DNA from: Maritimibacter sp. | GTDB taxonomy: Bacteria; Pseudomonadota; Alphaproteobacteria; Rhodobacterales; Rhodobacteraceae | Assembly: GCA_003520545.1 (NCBI GenBank) | Contig: DOUP01000061.1 | Span: 1,577 to 65,576 of the forward strand | Length of the DNA: 64,000 nt | Reading direction: 5' to 3' | In this document: piece after piece, positions 40,380-49,817 of the stretch | Layout: each line of letters opens with the position of its first letter | Position numbering within the stretch: the stretch's first letter is position 1 | Made by a program: the position numbers and the translations under genes | Notes under the pieces: model-generated | Seen by the model: only the letters and a program-made list of their open reading frames with translations | The model's database searches: none | What the model was told of the DNA's origin: nothing

Positions 40380-41048
40380 ATGCTGAGTGTGAACGACGAT
40401 AGACTTGCGAAGGAACAAACCACGCCCGAGGCGGGACTCCTGAGCATGCAAACAGTTGAGAAAGCCCGCTTGGTGGCGACGAAATCGACCAAATCCGCAC
40501 CGTACTCGGAGCAGACGCTCTGGATGCTTGCGATACGAGACAACAGGGACAAGCGGGCTTTCGGCCTGCTGTTCGACCATTTCGCGCCGCGTCTGAAAGG
40601 CTTTGTCATCCGGGCGGGGGCTCCTGCTGGTCAGGCTGAAGACATCGTGCAGGACGTGATGCTCTCAGTGTGGCGCAAAGCGCATTTGTTCGATCCGGAA
40701 CGGGCCCAGGTCTCGTCCTGGATCTACCAGGTGGCGCGAAACCGTCAGATCGACATTATCCGCAAGGAAGGGCGTCCGATGCCCGAAGCCTTGAAAGCGG
40801 AAGCAGAGGATCACGAACCTGATGCTGGGCAGGTGATCGCGTTGGAACAGGAAACCGGCGTCCTGCGCGAAGCGTTGGAGCGGCTCAACCCCGACCAGCG
40901 TGACATGATCGAGAAGGCTTACCTCGGTGAGCTGTCTCATAGCGATATCGCCGAGGCGACAGGCCTTCCGCTCGGGACGATCAAGTCCCGTATCCGTTTG
41001 GGGTTGGAGCGCCTTCGGCACGAATTGAAGGATTTGAGGGAGAGATGA
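40380..41048 (+). CDS. rpoE: ECF sigma factor RpoE
   Basis: AEDIVQDVM, SSWIYQVARNRQID, LPLGTIKSRIRLGL; followed by chrR. Confidence 0.93.
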   Translation: MLSVNDDRLAKEQTTPEAGLLSMQTVEKARLVATKSTKSAPYSEQTLWMLAIRDNRDKRAFGLLFDHFAPRLKGFVIRAGAPAGQAEDIVQDVMLSVWRKAHLFDPERAQVSSWIYQVARNRQIDIIRKEGRPMPEALKAEAEDHEPDAGQVIALEQETGVLREALERLNPDQRDMIEKAYLGELSHSDIAEATGLPLGTIKSRIRLGLERLRHELKDLRER

Positions 41049-41692
41049 GCGAACAGATCTCACACCACATCCCTGACGCCCTGATGGCGTCCTACGTGGC
41101 GGGCAGCCTGCCCAAGCCCTTTGCGCTCGTCGTCGCAACACATGTGTCCATGTGCGACGAATGCCGTGCGAACCTGCTGGCCCATGAGGCTGCCGGAGGC
41201 GCCGTCTTGGAAACCATGGGCGAAGAGCCTTTGTCCGGTGACCTGCGCTCGCGCGTGATGGGCGCCCTGGACGAACAGATCGACGTGACCCCCGATGTGG
41301 CGGAAACCCCGCGCAAGGGCGTGTACCCGGGGCCTGTCATGGCCGCGCTGAAAGGGTCCGATCCAAAGTGGAAAAAGCTCGGCGGTGGCGTGCGTCAATG
41401 CATCGTGGACATGGGTCTGGAAGGTTCGGCGCGCCTGCTGCATATCCCGGCCGGTCGTCCGGTGCCGGAGCACAGTCACGGCGGGCTGGAGCTTACCTTG
41501 GTTCTCCAGGGCGCGTTCTCGGATGCAACGGGACGGTTCGACGTGGGCGACGTGGAAATCGCCGACGCCGATCTGGAGCACGTGCCGACCGCCGATGAAG
41601 GTCAGGATTGCATCTGTCTGGCCGCGACCGATGCGCCCTTGCGGTTCAGATCGTTCGTTCCACGAATCCTGCAACCGCTCTTCGCAATCTGA
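41045..41692 (+). CDS. chrR: Anti-sigma factor ChrR
   Basis: HH...HVSMCDEC zinc-binding motif; cupin domain PEHSHGGLELTLVLQGAF, CICLAA. Confidence 0.95.
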   Translation: MSEQISHHIPDALMASYVAGSLPKPFALVVATHVSMCDECRANLLAHEAAGGAVLETMGEEPLSGDLRSRVMGALDEQIDVTPDVAETPRKGVYPGPVMAALKGSDPKWKKLGGGVRQCIVDMGLEGSARLLHIPAGRPVPEHSHGGLELTLVLQGAFSDATGRFDVGDVEIADADLEHVPTADEGQDCICLAATDAPLRFRSFVPRILQPLFAI

Positions 41693-41715
41693 GCCAAGCG
41701 CGGAGCCAGCCCCAA

Positions 41716-41757
41716 AGGCCTGCCTACGTATTATCCCGTAGGCAGGCCTGATTTTTT
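41716..41757 (+). terminator. Terminator after chrR
   Basis: AGGCCTGCCTACG...CGTAGGCAGGCCT followed by a T run. Confidence 0.75.
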
Positions 41758-41911
41758 CTCGACGGCGACACAATTAACCGGGCATTTCAGCACAAAGCAG
41801 TCCAAAAGCGTTTGAAAATCCTGTCCTTCTGGCTAGGGTGTGCACAGGTCGTGTGCCCAACCGCACATACCTCAAAAAATACATGACTGACGTCATTTGG
41901 AGGAGGATACC

Positions 41912-43000
41912 ATGGAACGTCGTAAGTTTCTGAAGGGCGCCGCACTCGGCGCCACTGGCTCCGTGCTGGCCGCTCCGGCCATCGCTGCGAGCCACGCAAA
42001 GACCATGACCATCGTGTCGACCTGGCCGCGGGACTTCCCGGGTCTGGGTGTGTCGGCACAGCGTCTGGCTTCGCGCATCACCGAACTGTCGGAAGGTGCC
42101 ATTCAAACCGAATACTTCGCCGCTGGCGAACGTGTGGGCGCGCTCGACGTGTTCGACGAAGTGGCAAGCGGCAACTCGCAAGCCTACATCGGTGCCGACT
42201 ATTACTGGACCGGCAAGCACCCGGCCCTGGCCTATTTCACGGCTGTTCCGTTCGGCATGACCTTTGCCGAAATCAACGCATGGTGCCTCTATGGCGAAGG
42301 CCGCGCACTCTGGGACGAAGTGCAAGACGAATTCGGCCTCTATGGCCTGCCCGCGGGCAACACCGGTACGCAGGCCGGCGGCTGGTTCAACAAGGAAATC
42401 GAAAGCGCTGACGACCTCAAAGGTCTGAAAATGCGTATTCCGGGCCTCGGCGGTCAGGTTCTTTCGAAGCTTGGCGCATCGACCGTGTCGCTTCCGGGTG
42501 GCCAGATCTACGAAAACCTCGTTTCCGGCTCGATCGAAGCGACCGAGTGGGTTGGTCCGTACAACGACTACTTCATGAAGTTCTACGAAGCCGCCAAGTA
42601 TTACTACACTGGCGGTATGCACGAGCCGGGCGCACAGCTGTCGCTCACCTCGAACAAATCGTGGTGGTCGTCGCTGTCCGACAGCGAGCGTGCGATCATC
42701 ACGGCCGCCGCTCTCGAAGAGAACGCGAACTCCTTCTACGAGATCACGGCGCTGAACGGCGAATACCTGAACCGCCTCGTCGAAGAGCAGGGCGTCGAAG
42801 TCAAAGCCTTCAACGAAGATGTGTGGGACGCCATGGGCGAAGCCGCGATGGAAGTCTTCGAAGAGACCGCAGCACACTCCGATCTCGCAGCCCGCGTGAA
42901 CGAGAGCGCCCAGAAGGCCATGCGCGAATATGGTCGCGGCATCGCGCTTTTCGAAGGTCAATTTGTCGAGAACCGCAACCGGATCTTCGATATCGGCTGA
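41912..43000 (+). CDS. TRAP transporter substrate-binding protein with Tat signal (TakP/FcbT1-like)
   Basis: MERRKFLK twin-Arg, GNTGTQAGGWF, LKMRIPGLGG, EWVGPYND. Confidence 0.93.
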   Translation: MERRKFLKGAALGATGSVLAAPAIAASHAKTMTIVSTWPRDFPGLGVSAQRLASRITELSEGAIQTEYFAAGERVGALDVFDEVASGNSQAYIGADYYWTGKHPALAYFTAVPFGMTFAEINAWCLYGEGRALWDEVQDEFGLYGLPAGNTGTQAGGWFNKEIESADDLKGLKMRIPGLGGQVLSKLGASTVSLPGGQIYENLVSGSIEATEWVGPYNDYFMKFYEAAKYYYTGGMHEPGAQLSLTSNKSWWSSLSDSERAIITAAALEENANSFYEITALNGEYLNRLVEEQGVEVKAFNEDVWDAMGEAAMEVFEETAAHSDLAARVNESAQKAMREYGRGIALFEGQFVENRNRIFDIG

Positions 43001-43108
43001 TTGCTTTGTGCCAAACAGTTAAAAAAATGGAAGCGGGGCTACGGTCCCGCTTTCTTTGCTGATACATGAGCGCGCATTCGTGCGAGATTCGTTCCTTGGG
43101 GAGGGACC

Positions 43109-44107
43109 ATGACTGAGGTCTTCGATCACACCGAAATTCCGCGCCACGGGCGTCCAGCGGTCATCCAGCGTTTGTTCGGCTGGATTTCCCTTGGAGTGCT
43201 CGCGGGGTTCCTGATCAACAATATCCTGGTTGTCTACTTCGACATGCCTGGCGTGAAGATGCTGGGAAGCGAAGGCGCCGGATCGGCGTGGGTTCACCTG
43301 GCGATCTTTGCCGCTGGCGTCGTGTTACCTGCGATCTTCGTGTTCCTGACCCAAGACCGGGCGATCCGGTGGGACGCGCACCGCATCCATATGTTCAACG
43401 TCTACCTGATCCGCGCGCTGTTCTGGTCGGTGTTCCTCGTCGGGGTCGCCGATGCCACAATCGCGTTCATGCGGACCGAACAGTTCGTCGAGCCTCTGCT
43501 GGGCGAAGCTGCCGCACGGAACTTCTCCCGCTCGAACTGGGTGGGCCCGTGGATCCATGGGCCGCTGATCGTCTTGGCATTCCTGCTCGCCACCGTGACC
43601 CGCACGCTCGGGTTCGTCTGGCTCGCGCTCCTGATCGTTGCCGCCGAACTCCTCATCGTGATTTCGCGCTTCGTCTTCTCCTACGAGCAGGCCCTCATGG
43701 GTGACCTCGTGCGCTACTGGTACGCCGCCCTGTTCCTCTTCGCCTCGGCCTACACGCTCTTTGACGAAGGGCATGTGCGCGTCGACATTCTCTATGCCGG
43801 CTTCGGTCGCACCCGCAAAGGCTTCTTCAACGCCTTCGGCACCATCCTGCTGGGCATGTCGACGGTCTGGGTGATCCTCGTTATCGGTTTCAACGGGCCA
43901 CAGTCGATCATCAACGCGCCCATGGCGAACTTCGAAGTAAGCCAGGCTGGCCCCTTCGGCATGTTCGTCAAATACCAAATGGCGGCCTTCATCGGCCTCT
44001 TCGCAATCACCATGCTGATCGAATTCGTCAGCTATTTCTTTGACGCCGTCGCGGACAGCCGCGACGAGCCGGGCCATCGCGCGCCCGCGCAGTCCGGCGC
44101 ACATTAA
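43109..44107 (+). CDS. TRAP transporter small permease (DctQ-like, N-terminally extended)
   Basis: AYTLFDEGHVRVDILY; 332 aa. Confidence 0.88.
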   Translation: MTEVFDHTEIPRHGRPAVIQRLFGWISLGVLAGFLINNILVVYFDMPGVKMLGSEGAGSAWVHLAIFAAGVVLPAIFVFLTQDRAIRWDAHRIHMFNVYLIRALFWSVFLVGVADATIAFMRTEQFVEPLLGEAAARNFSRSNWVGPWIHGPLIVLAFLLATVTRTLGFVWLALLIVAAELLIVISRFVFSYEQALMGDLVRYWYAALFLFASAYTLFDEGHVRVDILYAGFGRTRKGFFNAFGTILLGMSTVWVILVIGFNGPQSIINAPMANFEVSQAGPFGMFVKYQMAAFIGLFAITMLIEFVSYFFDAVADSRDEPGHRAPAQSGAH

Positions 44108-44119
44108 GGAGATCGGCCC

Positions 44120-46771
44120 ATGGAACTCTTCTTCCTTCTTCTCCTCGTCCTCATCATGGCCGGTGCGCTTGGCTCCGGCTATCCGGTGGCCTTCGCGCTC
44201 CCCGGCGCGGCGATCATCACCATCGGCCTGGCCGCGCTGACCGGCCAACTGTTCGAGGGTAGTACCGACGCCTTCTTCCACTCCGGCGGACCGCAGCAAT
44301 GGCTGACGGCGGGTGTCACCAACCTCCGAGGGGTCTACTGGGAAGTCGAGAGGGATACGCTCATCGCCATCCCGCTCTTCATCTTCATGGGCATCATGCT
44401 CCAGCGCTCGAAGATCGCCGAAGACCTGCTCGTCACCATGGCACAGCTGTTCGGCCCGGTTCCGGGTGGTCTGGGAATCTCGGTTGTCTTCGTCGGCGCG
44501 CTCCTGGCCGCCACGACCGGGATCGTCGGCGCGACCGTTGTGGCGATGGGGATGATCTCGCTCCCCGCCATGCTTCGCTCGAACTACTCAACCCCGCTCG
44601 CCACCGGCACCATCGCGGCCTCGGGCACCCTGGGGCAGATTATTCCACCTTCCATCGTGCTCATCATTCTCGCCGACCAGCTGGCTTCTGCCGCCGACCA
44701 GGCATCGACGCTGCGTACGAACCTCTTCAAAGAGGCGACCGGCGAAATCCAGATGCCGTCGATCTTCGACGTGTCCGGCACCTCGGCGGGCGAAATGTTC
44801 CTTGGCGCGCTGATCCCCGGCCTCGTGCTTGTGGGCATCTACATGACCTACATCCTGATCTATGCGCTGATCCGGCCCAGCGCGGCTCCGGCGGTGCATG
44901 ACAAGAGCACGAAATACAACGCCGCCTTCTGGGGTCGCGTGACGCTCACGCTCGTTCCGCCGCTCGCGCTGATTTTCCTTGTCCTGGGGTCCATCATCGG
45001 CGGTATCGCCACGGTGAACCAGGCCGGCGCCATCGGTGCCGCAGGCGCACTGATCATGGCGTCCTACAAATTGCCCGAACCCGGCACACGCATGATGTTC
45101 GGACCGGCCATCCTGTCGATTATCGCGCTTGGGATGCTGACCTTCGCGCTCATGTCGTTCGAGATGAACGTCAAGGCCGTCGACAGCCCCTCGGACAGCA
45201 TCGGTATCGCGATCGGCGCGGTGGCCACGGTGATCCTCATCATCGCCCTGATCTGGTCCGCGGCCCGTTCAATCCGCATAGACCACACGCTTCAGCAAGT
45301 GATGCTCGAAACGGCGAAAACCACCTCGCTGGTCTTCATCATCCTTCTGGGTGCCGCCATGCTGACCGCCGCCTTCCGCGGCTTCGGCGGCGAAGAGCTG
45401 GTGCGTGAATTCCTCAACGGGATGCCCGGCGGGTTCTGGACGCAGTTCATCATCGTCATGGCGGTGATCTTTGTCCTGGGCTTCTTCCTCGACTTCATCG
45501 AGATCGCCGTGGTCGTGGTGCCGATCGTCGCCCCGATCCTGCTGTCCGATCCGGGCGCAAACGTCACCGCTGTCTGGCTTGGCGTCATGATCGGTCTGAA
45601 CATCCAGACCTCGTTCCTGACACCACCCTTCGGCTTCGCGCTTTTCTACCTGCGCGGGGTTGCGCCAGCCATGGTGAAGACGCTCCAGATCTACAAGGGC
45701 GTCATCCCGTTCATCGTGCTCCAGCTTATCGCGCTGGGAATCGTGGGGTCCTATCCGCCGCTGGTGAACTACCTCCCAAGCCGCGTGAGCCTCTTGGGTG
45801 AAACCGCCCCACCGCCGCGCAATCCGCAGCTTCAGCTTTGCCTCGAAGACTACGTGTCCGACCGTCTGGCTTCGACCACGACGGCACAGGATGCGATCTC
45901 GACGGCCAAGATGATGGACCTCTCCGCCCTTCCCGAAGATCTCGCGGAAGAAATGGAAGATGGTTTCGCCGCCGCCGATACCGCGCTGGAGAAAATGGAG
46001 GAGATCAGAACGACCCATGCAGCGGTCGAAGATGCGACGACCGAGTATCGCCCGCAGCTGATCAAAGTCCGTTCCATCGAAAAGCAGATTCGTGGTCTGG
46101 TAGAGGAACGCGATGTGGCTGCCACGACCCTTTCGCGCCTCGGACCGGACTCGGACCGAGGCCCGGAGTTGGAAGCCGAAGTGGCGCATCTCGACGAAGA
46201 GATCGAAGCGCTCAAAGCCCGCATCCCCGAGGGTTGGGAAGAGGTGCACGACACCTTCGCCGAACTCACCAAGGCCGAGGACAACGCGCGCAATCTCTAT
46301 CGTCGCAATGCCGACAATGCCTACTCCGGCCCTGCCGAAGTGCTCGCCATCCTGGAAGACACGCCAGCCTTCTATGACCTCGAAGGCCCCCTCAACGACG
46401 TGCGCAACCTGATCGAAAACGGTCAGGGCGAAGCAGACGCCGACGAGATCAAGCTCGTCGAGGACATGATCGGCGACGTCGAAGGCGCCGGCGATGTTCG
46501 CTCGGCCCTGGCGAGCGCCCGTCGCGAAATCGACGAAGACGAAGTGGACCGCGAGCAGGCACTTGAGGACTACGAAGAGGCCCTCGCGGAGTATGCCGCC
46601 CAGAAACAGTGGCGTGCAGAAGCCGCGGCTCTAGAGCCCAATGTCCGCGCCTATGTCGAGGGTATCGAAGGCACGCTCGGTATCCGGTCGCAGGACCGCT
46701 TCACGCGCGAACAGGCGCTCGCCATGGCGTCCTGCACCGCGCGCCATCGGGACGTGTCGCTGAACTTCTGA
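44120..46771 (+). CDS. TRAP transporter large permease (DctM) with a soluble C-terminal extension of about 330 aa
   Basis: AIPLFIFMG, SGTLGQIIPPS, QTSFLTPPFGFALFYLRG; then an acidic helical tail. Confidence 0.92.
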   Translation: MELFFLLLLVLIMAGALGSGYPVAFALPGAAIITIGLAALTGQLFEGSTDAFFHSGGPQQWLTAGVTNLRGVYWEVERDTLIAIPLFIFMGIMLQRSKIAEDLLVTMAQLFGPVPGGLGISVVFVGALLAATTGIVGATVVAMGMISLPAMLRSNYSTPLATGTIAASGTLGQIIPPSIVLIILADQLASAADQASTLRTNLFKEATGEIQMPSIFDVSGTSAGEMFLGALIPGLVLVGIYMTYILIYALIRPSAAPAVHDKSTKYNAAFWGRVTLTLVPPLALIFLVLGSIIGGIATVNQAGAIGAAGALIMASYKLPEPGTRMMFGPAILSIIALGMLTFALMSFEMNVKAVDSPSDSIGIAIGAVATVILIIALIWSAARSIRIDHTLQQVMLETAKTTSLVFIILLGAAMLTAAFRGFGGEELVREFLNGMPGGFWTQFIIVMAVIFVLGFFLDFIEIAVVVVPIVAPILLSDPGANVTAVWLGVMIGLNIQTSFLTPPFGFALFYLRGVAPAMVKTLQIYKGVIPFIVLQLIALGIVGSYPPLVNYLPSRVSLLGETAPPPRNPQLQLCLEDYVSDRLASTTTAQDAISTAKMMDLSALPEDLAEEMEDGFAAADTALEKMEEIRTTHAAVEDATTEYRPQLIKVRSIEKQIRGLVEERDVAATTLSRLGPDSDRGPELEAEVAHLDEEIEALKARIPEGWEEVHDTFAELTKAEDNARNLYRRNADNAYSGPAEVLAILEDTPAFYDLEGPLNDVRNLIENGQGEADADEIKLVEDMIGDVEGAGDVRSALASARREIDEDEVDREQALEDYEEALAEYAAQKQWRAEAAALEPNVRAYVEGIEGTLGIRSQDRFTREQALAMASCTARHRDVSLNF

Positions 46772-46795
46772 TCCGCGGTTCACGTCTGAAACGCA

Positions 46796-46835
46796 AAAAC
46801 CGGCGCGAAGTTATCTTCGCGCCGGTTTTCTTTTG
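46796..46835 (+). terminator. Terminator of the TRAP operon
   Basis: AAAACCGGCGCGAAG-TTAT-CTTCGCGCCGGTTTT CTTTT. Confidence 0.85.
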
Positions 46836-46860
46836 ACATAGCGGCTGGGACAGGCAACGT

Positions 46861-47403
46861 GTGCCCATGCTTATTTTTCTCAACGGCTTCCCGGGAACGG
46901 GCAAACTCACCGTCGGTCAGGCGCTCATGGACAAACTGGGCGGCCGACTACTTGACGTGCATACGCAGATGAACATCGCCTACGCGCTCACCGATTTCAA
47001 AAGCCCGGCGTTTTATGACACGGTGCGCTCGGTTTGGGAGATCGCGGACAAGCGTATCGCGGAGCTTCCCAAAGACGTGCCGGTGATCCTGACCGATGCC
47101 CTACGCGAAGGGTCGGACTGGTCGAAAGAAGCTTGGGCCCGGATCGAAAGACTGGCCGAGGATCGCGGACCGCTCTTCGTCGTGCATCTCCATTGCGACC
47201 CAGACGAAAACGCACGCCGGATCGGGTCCGCTGGCCGCGAAGCCATGCGCAAATCGCGAAAACGGGCGCTCGCGCTTCAGTATCACGAGGACGGTCGCAT
47301 CCTGATTGGCGACGATGCCGACAAGGTGATGAAGATCGACACCACGGAACTGACCGCAGAGGAATGTGCCGAGGCCATCGCGGACTGGGTCGTCACCAGT
47401 TAG
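46861..47403 (+). CDS. P-loop small-molecule kinase-like (AAA_33-type) protein
   Basis: LNGFPGTGKLT Walker A; IDTTELTAEE C-terminus. Confidence 0.8.
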   Translation: MPMLIFLNGFPGTGKLTVGQALMDKLGGRLLDVHTQMNIAYALTDFKSPAFYDTVRSVWEIADKRIAELPKDVPVILTDALREGSDWSKEAWARIERLAEDRGPLFVVHLHCDPDENARRIGSAGREAMRKSRKRALALQYHEDGRILIGDDADKVMKIDTTELTAEECAEAIADWVVTS

Positions 47404-47409
47404 GGGTGT

Positions 47410-47466
47410 GTCTGCACAATCGTATGCACAGTGTGTGTACGCCCTGTGCACAGGTTGTGTATCGCG
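47410..47466. repeat. TGCACA-array intergenic repeat, copy 2
   Basis: GTCTGCACAATCGTATGCACA...CTGTGCACAGGTTGTG..ATCGCG. Confidence 0.7.
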
Positions 47467-47473
47467 TTTTCGG

Positions 47474-48724
47474 CTACAAGACCGCCTCGATCCGGCGCGC
47501 GGCAACCCAACTCAGCCCGGCCATCACGGCGGCTGTGGCTAGACACAAAACCAGCCCGCCAAGTTGATAGGACACCCCCGACAGGAGTGTCCCGATCAAC
47601 CGACCAGCGGCATTCGACATATAGTAAAACCCCACATCCATCGTCACTCGTTCAGACTTCGTGAACGCGAGAATAAGGTAGCTGTGGAGCGAGGAATTGA
47701 TCGCGAAAACGAACCCGAACGCCAGCAAAACGATCACCGCGACGGGGAGCAACCACACCGCGTCCGACCAGACTGCCGCGACCGCCAATACAGCCGGAAT
47801 TGCAGTCAGAATACCGACCCACCGAATGGCCAACCGCGTCGCCTCACGCCCTTCGTGCGCGGTCGGTCCCAACAGCTTCGGGGCGGCGGCTTGAATCGCG
47901 CCATAGGCGATGATCCAAAGCGCCATGAACCCTCCGACGATGAAGAAGGCGTTGTCGGTCCCAAGCAGTTTTTCAACCCGGTCATGGAAAAAGATCGGGA
48001 TGCCCACGACGAACCACGTGTCGCGTGCGCCAAAGAGGAACATCCGCGCCAGAGAGAGACGGTTGATCTTTGGGTCTTTCGAGAAAACATGCGCAAATTT
48101 GGCTGACTTAGAGCCTTTTGGCAGCCCAACAGGCATGGAGACCATCACACCGATCAGGATCACGGCGAGGACGGCGGCCATGACCAGAACGGAGAGTTTG
48201 AAGCCGAGAACGGCTAGCAGTCCGGCGCCCAGGAAAAAGCCAAAACCTTTCACCGCGTTCTTCGATCCGGTCAGCACCGCAACCCATTTGAACAGCCCGT
48301 CGTCGGCCTCCGGCGCGAGCAGTTTGACGGCGGACTTGGAGGACATTTTTGACAGGTCCTTTGCCACGCCCGACAATCCCTGCACCACCATGACGAAGGG
48401 CACCGAGACCGCCACAGCCCAGCCGGGATCGAGCCATGACAGAGCCACCAGGGCGACGACCTGAAGTCCAAGGCCCACATAGAGCGTCGTGGTCAATCCG
48501 AACCGCGCCGCGATCCATCCGGCGGCGAGGTTCGTGACCATCCCGGCGATCTCGTAAAGCAGGAACAGCCACGCCAGCGTGATCGGCGAGAAACCCAGTT
48601 GATTGAAATGCAAAAGCACCAACATCCGAAGCGCCCCGTCCGTAAGCATGAAAGCCCAATAAGCGGCGGTGACAACGATGTAGGCGGCAAGCGGTCTTCC
48701 CGCTCGACTGCCCGGTTGGGTCAT
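47474..48724 (-). CDS. arsJ: Organoarsenical efflux MFS transporter ArsJ
   Basis: YWAFMLTDGALRMLVLLHF, SGVAKDLSKMSSKSAVK, LTGSKNAVKG, DVGFYYMSNAAGRL. Confidence 0.93.
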   Translation of the reverse strand: MTQPGSRAGRPLAAYIVVTAAYWAFMLTDGALRMLVLLHFNQLGFSPITLAWLFLLYEIAGMVTNLAAGWIAARFGLTTTLYVGLGLQVVALVALSWLDPGWAVAVSVPFVMVVQGLSGVAKDLSKMSSKSAVKLLAPEADDGLFKWVAVLTGSKNAVKGFGFFLGAGLLAVLGFKLSVLVMAAVLAVILIGVMVSMPVGLPKGSKSAKFAHVFSKDPKINRLSLARMFLFGARDTWFVVGIPIFFHDRVEKLLGTDNAFFIVGGFMALWIIAYGAIQAAAPKLLGPTAHEGREATRLAIRWVGILTAIPAVLAVAAVWSDAVWLLPVAVIVLLAFGFVFAINSSLHSYLILAFTKSERVTMDVGFYYMSNAAGRLIGTLLSGVSYQLGGLVLCLATAAVMAGLSWVAARRIEAVL

Positions 48725-48728
48725 GTCT

Positions 48729-49790
48729 TTAGTTCTCTTTCTTGAAGAAAAGCGGCCGCATGCCGCCCGCCATGAAGAGTTCCATAGAAGTGTTATCTAC
48801 GTGTGACACAAAGAAACATCTGTCCTCCAAACTATCAGAACTTATCAGGCGGAACGACGGCCCATCCCCCGGCGCACCGTCGCAATGATCCCGGAAGGAC
48901 ATGAGGGATTTACTATTCGGAATCCCGTCGTAGAGCTCTTCGTAGAGCGACCCGTAGACGAAGACCTGAAACGCAGCGTCGTCGTCAGACGTCCACAATC
49001 CCTGCATGGCGTCGCGTGTGTTAGAAAAGCCATCCGACCCGGCGTTCATGAAGGAATACAGGACAATTTGCGCTTCCTTTCCATTGCTGGACGCGATGTC
49101 GCCCGAGATCAAAAGGCGGCTGTTTTCTGGGCGTTCATAGAGGTCCGTCAGGATTGCTTCCGGCGTGTGGTTATAGGTCGTCGCAACGTAGAAATAGTCG
49201 CCTTCGACGAAGGTGCATTGGATGCCCGCGTCGAGCACATCGCAATGACTGAACGTAGCCGTCAACGTAAACGGCTCGCCGTAAGTGCCTACGGCTGGCA
49301 TGTCGACGGACGCTGAGGGCTGCATGATATCTTTCAGGAGCGCCGCCCCTCCGGTTTCGGCCGGCGCTTTTTGCGAGCTGTTTTCTGGGGCGTCCGTGGT
49401 CACCGCGCTGATGTCGACCGTGAAGCTGGTGCGACCAGCGAGTTCGATTTCGTTGAACTGATCCTGAACATAACCGCGCGCTTCGCAGTCCTCGTCACCG
49501 ACGATGGTAAAGGCTTCGATCGAGGTGCAGAATAAGTAGTTCTCGTCTTGAAACGTGATCCCCTTCGCCTCGACCCGGTAGTAATAGTAGGACTTGGTCA
49601 ATTCACCGCCGACCGCATTCTTGCATTCGCCGGGATCAATCCGCCACCAACCCTCGGACGTCCAATCGCCAGCATCGTTGTAGCCAATCGCGACCAGGGC
49701 TTCGCGATCCATTCCATTGCAAAAGCGCAGCTCAGCCTGCGCGGGGGTGGCGGTGAGAGCCAAACAGACGAGTAAGAAACGCTGAAACAT
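48729..49790 (-). CDS. Secreted DUF1036-domain protein with two further Cys-containing domains (paralogue A)
   Basis: Signal peptide; FCN, VAIGY, WTSEGWW.I.PGEC, YYY, FC...AFTI.GD.DC..RGY; in-frame GTG alternative at 49799. Confidence 0.85.
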   Translation of the reverse strand: MFQRFLLVCLALTATPAQAELRFCNGMDREALVAIGYNDAGDWTSEGWWRIDPGECKNAVGGELTKSYYYYRVEAKGITFQDENYLFCTSIEAFTIVGDEDCEARGYVQDQFNEIELAGRTSFTVDISAVTTDAPENSSQKAPAETGGAALLKDIMQPSASVDMPAVGTYGEPFTLTATFSHCDVLDAGIQCTFVEGDYFYVATTYNHTPEAILTDLYERPENSRLLISGDIASSNGKEAQIVLYSFMNAGSDGFSNTRDAMQGLWTSDDDAAFQVFVYGSLYEELYDGIPNSKSLMSFRDHCDGAPGDGPSFRLISSDSLEDRCFFVSHVDNTSMELFMAGGMRPLFFKKEN

Positions 49791-49817
49791 GATGGTCACT
49801 TTCCGCTTGAATAGGGT

